Source of the DNA: Candidatus Dadabacteria bacterium RIFCSPHIGHO2_12_FULL_53_21
Lineage (GTDB): Bacteria; Desulfobacterota_D; UBA1144; Nemesobacterales; UBA2774
DNA length: 35,464 nt
NCBI GenBank assembly: GCA_001775255.1
Contig: MFCJ01000073.1
Coordinates: forward strand, 1 to 35,464
Direction of reading: 5' to 3'
Part shown: positions 9,760-17,189 of the stretch, in pieces
How positions within the stretch are numbered: position 1 is the first letter of the stretch
How the letters are laid out: the number at the start of each line of letters is the position of its first letter
Made by a program: the position numbers and the translations under genes
The notes under the pieces: model-generated
Seen by the model: only the letters and a program-made list of their open reading frames with translations
What the model was told of the DNA's origin: nothing
The model's database searches: none

Positions 9760-10995
9760 TTGAGAAAAATAAGGTTTATCCACCTCTCCGACATTCACAT
9801 CGGCCTCCTCACGCACGGCAGGCTGAACCCGTCGACGGGACATAACACCAGGCTCGAAGACATACTAAAATGTCTCGATCACGTGCTGGAGACGGCCGCC
9901 CGGGAATCCGTCGATCTCATACTCATCGCGGGCGATGTGTTCCACAGGGAGAACCCGCTTCCCGCGGAAGAAATAGAATTCGCGCGCAGGATCGGAAAGG
10001 CGGCCGGTAACGGCGGAGCCCGTGTCGTCATGGTGCTTGGGAACCACGACTACTCGTCTTCCGGCATAGGCGCGTCCGCCGTGGAAATCTTCCCCGCCCT
10101 CGACATCGAGGGCGTGACCATTGCCAGAAAACCCGGAGTGATCGAAGTAAACACGAAAAGCGGTTTGGTCCAGGTCGCCTGCCTCCCGTGGGCGGGCAGG
10201 GGCGCACTGCTCTCAAGGGAAGAGTACAAGTCCCTTTCCTCTCAGGAGCTTCAGGCGGAGATAGAAAGGAGACTGATCGCGATAATCCATGGCCTCGCTG
10301 AGAAGACCCAACCGAAGGACCCTGCCGTATTACTCGCGCACGTGGCGGCTCGGGGTGCGAGGCTATCCGGTACGGAAACGGACACGCTTTCGATCTCGGA
10401 CCCGGTTATACCGGTGACGGTGCTCGCGGACCGCGCATTCCAGTATGTCGCGCTCGGGCACATACACAGGTTCCAGGACCTGAACGAGGGCGACGCCCCC
10501 CCGGTAGTTTATTCGGGAAGCATCGAGAGGATCGATTTCACCGAAGAGAAGGAGAAAAAGGGTTTCGTGCTCGGCGAAATCTCGGAGTCGGAAACGGGAT
10601 GGAAATGCATCTATCAGTTCAGGGAGACCCCCGCGAGGAGATTTATCACTATCGATCTCGGAGAGATTGACGAGGACCGGAGGAAGCTGCCCATCCCGGA
10701 CGGAATTTCTCCCGGGGATATTGAGGGGGCGGTGGTCAGGGTCAGATACGAGGTCGGGGGTCCCGGAGAGGGAGTCGATGAGAGGGAGCTAAGGTCCGCG
10801 TTCGGGGGCGCTCAGACGCTCAAGATCGAGAGGGTCTTCTCCAAACCCAAAAAGACGATGAGGCAGACCGAGCTCTCGAAGACCATGAGCGTGCTCGACG
10901 CGCTCGAGAAGTATGTACAATCGAAGCCCGAGCTTAAGAAGATAGGGGCCGAGATGAAATCCTGCGCGGAGAAGCTGATACGGGAGAGCGAGTGA
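9760..10995 (+). CDS. sbcD: SbcD/Mre11-family exonuclease (calcineurin-like metallophosphoesterase)
   Basis: 411 aa, TTG start. Motifs HLSDIHIG, AGDVFH, LGNHD and GHIH. No sbcC follows. Confidence 0.8.
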   Translation: MRKIRFIHLSDIHIGLLTHGRLNPSTGHNTRLEDILKCLDHVLETAARESVDLILIAGDVFHRENPLPAEEIEFARRIGKAAGNGGARVVMVLGNHDYSSSGIGASAVEIFPALDIEGVTIARKPGVIEVNTKSGLVQVACLPWAGRGALLSREEYKSLSSQELQAEIERRLIAIIHGLAEKTQPKDPAVLLAHVAARGARLSGTETDTLSISDPVIPVTVLADRAFQYVALGHIHRFQDLNEGDAPPVVYSGSIERIDFTEEKEKKGFVLGEISESETGWKCIYQFRETPARRFITIDLGEIDEDRRKLPIPDGISPGDIEGAVVRVRYEVGGPGEGVDERELRSAFGGAQTLKIERVFSKPKKTMRQTELSKTMSVLDALEKYVQSKPELKKIGAEMKSCAEKLIRESE

Positions 10996-11925
10996 TCATT
11001 CCGCGCTTTTTCCGCCCGATGATACTTCGTAACATGTGTTGTGTACGGACCCGCACTCCTTTGTTTCCAGCTGAAGCGTAACGTGGGTGATGTGGAATCT
11101 GCCCGACAGCTGGTCCTTGATATCGCTTATGAGCTCTTCACTCTTATGCATGTCGTCCACGACCAGGTGGGCGCTGAGCGCGTCGAATCCCTGAGTGAGA
11201 GTCCATGCGTGGAGGTCGTGCACGCTGAGCACGCCCTCGTGGGAGCAAATCGAGTTCTGAACGGCTTTGAGGTCGACTCCCCGCGGTGTGCCTTCGAGCA
11301 GTATATGCACCGACTCCTTTAATATAACCCACGCGCTCCTCAATATAAGTACCGAGACGAGGACGCTAATGATACTGTCCGCATAATACCATCCGGTCAG
11401 GAGCATCACCACGCCCGCGACTACTGCTCCCGCGGAACCCAGCGTGTCGCTTATAACGTGATAGAGCGCACCCTTGATGTTTAAATTTGCGCTCTGATAC
11501 CTGGACAGCATATAGGCCGAGCCTAAATTCAGGAGCAGGCCCACGGTTGCCACGACCGTCATCTCCAGGCTTTTCACCTCCCGGGGGACCTTAAACCTTT
11601 CGTACGCTTCTATGATAATGACGCCTGAGATAACGAACAGGAGTATCCCGTTGATGAGTGCGGCAAGGATTTCGGCCCTGTAAAACCCGTAGGTATTGCT
11701 GAGTGTCGGCGGTTTAACCGAGAACCAGAGAGCGAGATACGCAAGGGAGAGCGCGAATACGTCCGTCAGCATATGCGCCGCGTCCGAGAGGAGAGCGAGA
11801 CTGCCTGTATAGAACCCTGAAGCCGCCTCCACCACCATGAAGGTGGCGGTAAGTATGAGGACGACGATGAGCGTCTTTTTTTCTTTCGTATTTTCTACGT
11901 CGTGAGAGTGTTCGTGGCGCTCCAT
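10996..11925 (-). CDS. czcD: Cation diffusion facilitator (CzcD/ZitB-like) divalent-metal efflux protein
   Basis: His-rich N-terminus MERHEHSHDVE, six hydrophobic helices, and the HMLTD and HVISD motifs. The tracked ORF extends to a TTG at 11961. The ATG at 11925 is preferred, but the start is uncertain. Confidence 0.8.
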   Translation of the reverse strand: MERHEHSHDVENTKEKKTLIVVLILTATFMVVEAASGFYTGSLALLSDAAHMLTDVFALSLAYLALWFSVKPPTLSNTYGFYRAEILAALINGILLFVISGVIIIEAYERFKVPREVKSLEMTVVATVGLLLNLGSAYMLSRYQSANLNIKGALYHVISDTLGSAGAVVAGVVMLLTGWYYADSIISVLVSVLILRSAWVILKESVHILLEGTPRGVDLKAVQNSICSHEGVLSVHDLHAWTLTQGFDALSAHLVVDDMHKSEELISDIKDQLSGRFHITHVTLQLETKECGSVHNTCYEVSSGGKSAE

Positions 11926-11999
11926 CGGATTAAAAATACATAGACCCGGTCCGTGAGTCAAAGAACCGTTTCGCTTGCGCTATCTTCAAGTCAGCGGGT

Positions 12000-12293
12000 T
12001 TATTGCGGTCTCTTTCTAAAATGTTTTTCCCGCAACGGGTCGCTGTCGATCTCCGATATCAGGTAGGCTATCTGATACTGGTCGCCCGGATAGAAATAAA
12101 GCTTTATCCCCTGAGGCGTTACAAAATACAGCCCCTCTTTTCTGGTATCATCCGGGAGGTCCACTTCGTAGACCGGAAAGCCTACCGTGCCCGCGCCGAT
12201 GTTGACGGATCTTCTTTCATCCCTCAGTTTTTTGATGCTATCTGCGATCTGCCAGACCTTTGGAAATATCTGACCCTTTACCGTTAGCTTCAT
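12000..12293 (-). CDS. Hypothetical 97-aa protein
   Basis: Intact ORF on the same strand as its neighbours, 60 nt downstream of the previous gene. No recognisable motif. Confidence 0.5.
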   Translation of the reverse strand: MKLTVKGQIFPKVWQIADSIKKLRDERRSVNIGAGTVGFPVYEVDLPDDTRKEGLYFVTPQGIKLYFYPGDQYQIAYLISEIDSDPLREKHFRKRPQ

Positions 12294-12353
12294 TCCCGAC
12301 CCCTCAAGTCCCAGTCCCGCCTGATCAGGGCTTTGGACGGCAGCTTATTCGTT

Positions 12354-12716
12354 TTATATTTTTGATATTTGCACCTTCGTAATTATTCCCACACATGTAA
12401 TAATCATATCCAGCTTTTTGTCCCGCTCATAGACGTACCGCTCTCCGAGCTTATTCCCGCATACCGTGCATTCTCCCGCGCCGCCGTCCGTGTCCCACTT
12501 CCCGCATTGTGCGCAATGCATTCCCTTCTCTTCATACCACGCGAGATGAGAGTATATGAGCTCGTTAAGCCCCCTCTTTCCAAGCGAGTCCGCCCACTCG
12601 GACAGGTCGCGTATTATTTTCGCCCTGATCCTTTCCGGAACTTCTCCGAGTTGCCCCGAATATATCTCTTCTTCGTTCACCAGGATTCTGCAGTAAAAAG
12701 TGGAAAGCTCTTCCAT
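12354..12716 (-). CDS. Hypothetical 120-aa protein with a CxxC-x13-CxxC zinc-ribbon-like motif
   Basis: Contains HCAQCGKWDTDGGAGECTVCGNKL. It starts 13 nt after the stop of the hybrid kinase, so it is probably co-transcribed. Confidence 0.55.
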   Translation of the reverse strand: MEELSTFYCRILVNEEEIYSGQLGEVPERIRAKIIRDLSEWADSLGKRGLNELIYSHLAWYEEKGMHCAQCGKWDTDGGAGECTVCGNKLGERYVYERDKKLDMIITCVGIITKVQISKI

Positions 12717-12729
12717 GTCCTGCCGTGTT

Positions 12730-14646
12730 TTATCCGCTCATGGCCTCTGCTCCAAGGACCCTGGATACCGCGATCTGGATCTGGTCCACGGAGAAAGGTT
12801 TTTTAATGATATTATAAGCGCCCTCGTCCGTGAGCTCGTCGGGGAGCTGTTCTCCCGGCCTTGAGCTTATGATAACCACAGTTGAGTTCGGGTCTATCAT
12901 TTTGATTTCTCTCAGAAGCTCGAGGCCGTTTTTATTAGATATGGAGAAGTCGAGGAACGTAATGTCGAAATGATTCTTTTTTATAAGCTCTATCGCCTGT
13001 TCGCCGCTTTCAGCGGTCATCACGTTATGTCCCGTGCTCGAAAGGCATTCACTCACGATGTCTCTGATGAACTCCTCGTCGTCGATGATCAGCACATTCC
13101 CTTTTCTCCTGAGCTCGATCACCTTCGCGTTCTGGAATTTCTCTGCCGGTTCAGATTCCGGGGCCTTCGAGACGGTTTGTATATTCGGGAGGTGAATCGT
13201 GAATGTGGTGCCCTTGTTGAGCTCGCTCGAGACTTCTATCCTGCCGCCGTGTCTCTCTATGATCGCGTATATGACGGAAAGTCCGAGGCCCGTTCCCGAT
13301 TTCGATCCTTCGCTCTGTTTTGTCGTGAAGAACGGCTCGAATATCCTGGGCAGGTTCTCCGGAGGAATGCCTGCCCCCGTATCCGAGAAGTCGATTCTCA
13401 CATAATTGCCGGCGAGCTTCGTGCTGATGGCTATGGCGCCGCCCTGGGGCATGGCGTGTTTCGAGTTAATTGCCAGATTGAGGAATACCTGCTGTATCTC
13501 CCCGAGGTTCATCCTGATGGCCGGGACCTTCTCGTAGCTCCTGAGTATCCTTATACCTTCCGTCTCGAAGGTGTGTTCTACGAGTCCCAGGGCGTCGTCA
13601 ATGATGCCCTCTATCTGGGCGACCTGGAATTTTTCTCCTTTTTGTCTCGAGAATGAAAGGAGCTTGTTCACTATCTCGACAGCCCTGTCGGAAGCCTTCT
13701 CTATCACCTTGAGGTCTTTCCTGGCGCTGTCCAGGTCCTGTCTCGTGAGCGCGAGGCTCGTATAACCGATAATGCCGGAGAGTATGTTGTTGAATTCGTG
13801 CGCCACTCCGGCCGCCAGCTGTCCTACGCCCGACATCTTCGCCGAGTGTATTAGCTGCGCTTCGAGTTTCTTCTTCTCGGTTATATCCTCTGTCGCGGCT
13901 ATCACGCCGAAGATCTCTTTCGTCTCGAAGTCTATCAGCGGCGACAGCGTCACTTCGAGGAACTTGCTGTCGTGTCTCACTTCGTGTTTCGTCGAATATG
14001 ACGGGTCGCTCAATATCTTGGGCACAATTGTGTCAAAATTAATCCCCTGGAATAACGAGCTCAGTTTTTCACCCGCGCAGCTCCTGCCGAATATCTCTGA
14101 GGTCTTCGGGTTTGCGGTTTCGACGATAAGGTCCCTGTCCGTCGTTATAATGCTCTCGATCGTGCTGTTGAGCGTGTTTTCGAGCTGTCTGTTCCTCTCC
14201 CGGACCTTGAGCTCGAGGTTGGTGTTCAATTCCTTGAGGTCGCTGAGCAGGCGGGTGTTCTCCTTGTAGAGCTCGTACCTGTCGGCGGCATGCTCGATTA
14301 CGCTTCTGAGTTTCCCGTAATCGAGAGGTTTGATCAAATAGTCGAAGGCTCCGTTCTGAACCGCCTCTACCGCTGTTTCCAGCGAAGCGAATCCCGTCAT
14401 GAGTATTACCGGTATGTTGGGGTCTTTCTTCTTGATTTCTTCGAGGAGGTCGATGCCGCTTTTTACAGGCATTTTGATGTCCGAGAGCACCACGTCGAAG
14501 TGGGATGACCTCAGGTACTCGGCTGCTTTCTCGCAGTTGTTGGCGACTACGACTTCGTAACCTTCCTTGGTCAGTATGTCGGATATGATTTTTAATATAA
14601 GCTGCTCGTCGTCAACAACCAGCACCCGCTTCTTCTTGTCGTTCAT
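12730..14646 (-). CDS. Hybrid sensor kinase: REC - coiled coil - PAS - HisKA - HATPase_c - REC
   Basis: Start chosen at MNDKKKRVLVVDDEQ (ATG 14646, SD GGGAGAGG upstream). N-terminal REC has LSDIKMP, LMTGF and YLIKP. PAS-like block ITTDRDLIVETANPKTSEIFG. H-box MSGVGQLAAGVAHEFNNILSGI. ATPase motifs NLAINSKHAM, DTGAGIP, GTGLGLS. C-terminal REC has VLIIDDEEF, FLDFSI, VVIISS and IIKKP. Confidence 0.88.
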   Translation of the reverse strand: MNDKKKRVLVVDDEQLILKIISDILTKEGYEVVVANNCEKAAEYLRSSHFDVVLSDIKMPVKSGIDLLEEIKKKDPNIPVILMTGFASLETAVEAVQNGAFDYLIKPLDYGKLRSVIEHAADRYELYKENTRLLSDLKELNTNLELKVRERNRQLENTLNSTIESIITTDRDLIVETANPKTSEIFGRSCAGEKLSSLFQGINFDTIVPKILSDPSYSTKHEVRHDSKFLEVTLSPLIDFETKEIFGVIAATEDITEKKKLEAQLIHSAKMSGVGQLAAGVAHEFNNILSGIIGYTSLALTRQDLDSARKDLKVIEKASDRAVEIVNKLLSFSRQKGEKFQVAQIEGIIDDALGLVEHTFETEGIRILRSYEKVPAIRMNLGEIQQVFLNLAINSKHAMPQGGAIAISTKLAGNYVRIDFSDTGAGIPPENLPRIFEPFFTTKQSEGSKSGTGLGLSVIYAIIERHGGRIEVSSELNKGTTFTIHLPNIQTVSKAPESEPAEKFQNAKVIELRRKGNVLIIDDEEFIRDIVSECLSSTGHNVMTAESGEQAIELIKKNHFDITFLDFSISNKNGLELLREIKMIDPNSTVVIISSRPGEQLPDELTDEGAYNIIKKPFSVDQIQIAVSRVLGAEAMSG

Positions 14647-17185
14647 CTGCCTCTCCCGCAGTAATATTATAGTTATTTGATGGAAGTTCAATCGTAATTG
14701 TCGTGCCTGACCCTTTCTCGCTCTCAACTATTATCCTGCCTTTGTGTTTTTCTATGATCTTATAGGCTATCGAGAGTCCGAGACCGGTTCCCATATCCTT
14801 CTTCGTAAAGAATGGATCAAAAATCTTAGTGATGTCTTCCTTATCTATTCCCACGCCCGTGTCCTTGAAGTGTATGTAAACCTTGTCGTTGCTCCCGCTC
14901 GCGAATTCGTCCCACCGGGTGGACGTCTTTATCGAAAAGTCCCCGCCCTTCGGCATCGCCTGCACCGCGTTTAGAATGATATTGATGAATACCTGCCAGA
15001 GCTGATTGGGATCCGCCATTATCTGAGGCAGATCCTCGTCGAGGCTCAGCGCGAGGTTTATGTTGTTGTCGGAGAGCTGCTTGCGTACGAGGATAACGAC
15101 GTTCTCGAGTACGCTGTTAATGCCCACACTCTCGAAATAGGGCGGCTCGGCTTTTGAGAACTTGAGCAGGCTGTCTATGAGCCTGTTCGTCCTGTCGATT
15201 TCATGCTTTATATAATCGAGGTACTCTCCCACGACTTCTGTATTTTCTTTGTCCATCATGTAGGTGGAGATGTAGTATCTGGCGCCTTCGATGATGTTGA
15301 GAGGGTTCCTTATCTCGTGTGCAACGCCCGCCGCGAGCTGTCCGATCGCGGACATCTTTTCCGCGTGCACGAGCTGCGCCTGGGTATCTTTGAGCTCCTT
15401 GTTCGTTTTTTCAAGCCTTTTCGCGTAGTCCTCGACGAGTTTGAACGCGAGCGCGTTTTCGAGCGCAATAGCGCTCTGGTTGGCCATGAGCTTGAGCAGA
15501 TTCACGTCACGCGACGTATACGATAGCCCCGACTTCTTATCGCCCAATGCTATAAAACCGATGAGTTGTTTTTTGAAAAAGAGCGGGATGATGAGCGACG
15601 CGTTAAACCTCTCGAATTCCAGCATGAGTCTTTGAGAGTTGTGAAAATACCTCTCGTCCGCTATGAGGTCTTCCTTGAATATCTCGTTTCCGTGGAAATT
15701 GAGCTGCTGTATGAGGATGTTGTCCTCTTCGAGCGTCGTGTCCGAGGAGCTTCGGACCTCGTCTTTTTTAAAATACCGCTCATACGACCCCAGGTCCTGG
15801 TTGTATATGAATACGGAGACCGGGCTCGAGAACATCGTGTTCTCCACGATTTCGATGATCTTGTCGATTATCTTTTCAAGGCTGAGGAGTGAGGTCATTG
15901 CATAGCTCACTTCCTCCACGGTCCCCCTGTAGTCGTATTTCTTTCTGAAGAAGGTCAGGTCCACCAGGTCCTGTATCCGGTTCTTAAGCGGGTTGAGTGC
16001 AATGACGAGGAATCCGCTCAGGATCACGAAGAAAGCGGGGTTCTTCCAGCCGCCGTACTTTGCGAAAGCGACATTGAATCCGAGCACCGTGAGGGCGAAT
16101 ACGCATCCGACTGCCCCGGTGAGGAGCCCGTATGTGAGCGCCTTTTCAATGATGACGTCGATGTCGAAAAGCTTGTGTTTCACTATGGCGTATGCGATCG
16201 ACACGGGGAATATGATCACGGGGAGAGCCATCAGGTTATAGGGCATGCTTATTTTAAAGACCGTGATGCTGGCTACCACCGAAGCCGGGACGAGCAGGCC
16301 GAAAATGCAGCCGAGTAAGATTATTTGTGCGCGTTGTTTTTCAAGCGCCGACGACGGATTCATGTAGGTCATGAGAGAAGAGATCGGGAAAATCATTGTG
16401 CTCAGGACCACGTAAATCCAGCTTACGGTATTAATGTGTTTCCATATATCATATTTGTAAAAGAAGATGAACTGAAGAACGAAAAGCATCGCGGAAATAA
16501 ACAAAAAGAATATCGATACTAAGTTGTGCGTCATTCTCTTCAGCTTGGCGTCAGACGGGAAAATAAACATCAGATATATTCCGAACAGCGGGCTGAAAAT
16601 CCATGAAAAGAAGGTCAGCTGATCGAACAGATAGACGGCCTGTGCGTCGAACGAGCCGACAAACCAAATACATATCGAAGCACAGAAGAGGAAAAACGCC
16701 TTGCTGGCCCTCAGGTACGGCTTCATCTGAAGAACCATCACGCCGATGATCAGGAACACTACGCCTATCACGTATATGATTCCGAACAGGAGAAGCATCT
16801 CCCGCAGCGTCAATCTCTCGACCGGGATCGTAACGTTGAATGAGTCGCCGTTTCTTTCTATTGTGTAATCCACACTTGAACCCACGGGGAGCTTGTCAAT
16901 TACCTCAAATACGTCATTGGGGATTCTGACAGGTATACCGTTTACTTCCTTTATCTTATCCTTGAACCTTTTGAGCATGTCGCCGTTGACTGTTTTCGGC
17001 GAAATATCTGTTATGACGAGGTTTTTATAGAAGAAAAATCCGGGGTAAGGTTTGCCCACCCTGTTTAGACCTAACAGGAAATTCCCTATGCAGAAGATGA
17101 TCAGAACGAACGCAACAATACTGAATACCGATTTCTGGATGTTCGTTCCGTTCCCTTTCGAAATGGATAATTGTCTGTCAACCAT
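14612..17185 (-). CDS. Polytopic membrane sensor histidine kinase: TM - PDZ-like - multi-TM block - GAF - HisKA - HATPase_c
   Basis: 857 aa. One N-terminal TM is followed by a PDZ-like segment (VNGIPVRIPNDVFEVIDKLPVGSSVDYTIERNG). About 8 hydrophobic helices follow, then a GAF-like block (LIIPLFFKKQLIGFIALGDKK...AIALENA). H-box MSAIGQLAAGVAHEIRNPLN. ATPase motifs NIILNAVQAM, DTGVGI, GTGLGLSIA. It starts 4 nt after the stop of the upstream gene, and its 3' end overlaps the next gene by 35 nt. Confidence 0.88.
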   Translation of the reverse strand: MVDRQLSISKGNGTNIQKSVFSIVAFVLIIFCIGNFLLGLNRVGKPYPGFFFYKNLVITDISPKTVNGDMLKRFKDKIKEVNGIPVRIPNDVFEVIDKLPVGSSVDYTIERNGDSFNVTIPVERLTLREMLLLFGIIYVIGVVFLIIGVMVLQMKPYLRASKAFFLFCASICIWFVGSFDAQAVYLFDQLTFFSWIFSPLFGIYLMFIFPSDAKLKRMTHNLVSIFFLFISAMLFVLQFIFFYKYDIWKHINTVSWIYVVLSTMIFPISSLMTYMNPSSALEKQRAQIILLGCIFGLLVPASVVASITVFKISMPYNLMALPVIIFPVSIAYAIVKHKLFDIDVIIEKALTYGLLTGAVGCVFALTVLGFNVAFAKYGGWKNPAFFVILSGFLVIALNPLKNRIQDLVDLTFFRKKYDYRGTVEEVSYAMTSLLSLEKIIDKIIEIVENTMFSSPVSVFIYNQDLGSYERYFKKDEVRSSSDTTLEEDNILIQQLNFHGNEIFKEDLIADERYFHNSQRLMLEFERFNASLIIPLFFKKQLIGFIALGDKKSGLSYTSRDVNLLKLMANQSAIALENALAFKLVEDYAKRLEKTNKELKDTQAQLVHAEKMSAIGQLAAGVAHEIRNPLNIIEGARYYISTYMMDKENTEVVGEYLDYIKHEIDRTNRLIDSLLKFSKAEPPYFESVGINSVLENVVILVRKQLSDNNINLALSLDEDLPQIMADPNQLWQVFINIILNAVQAMPKGGDFSIKTSTRWDEFASGSNDKVYIHFKDTGVGIDKEDITKIFDPFFTKKDMGTGLGLSIAYKIIEKHKGRIIVESEKGSGTTITIELPSNNYNITAGEADERQEEAGAGC

Positions 17186-17189
17186 TCGT

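Noticed and set aside
14647-14727. N-terminal extensions offered by the ORF track (also 22679-22816, 27567-27674, 27766-27807, 11926-11961, 32940-32948)
   Set aside because: At 14646, 22817, 27566, 27808 and 32949 an internal ATG with an SD restores a family-typical N-terminus. The extra residues overlap upstream genes or are low-complexity. At 11925 there is no SD, and the ATG was preferred over a TTG only. All of these starts remain uncertain.
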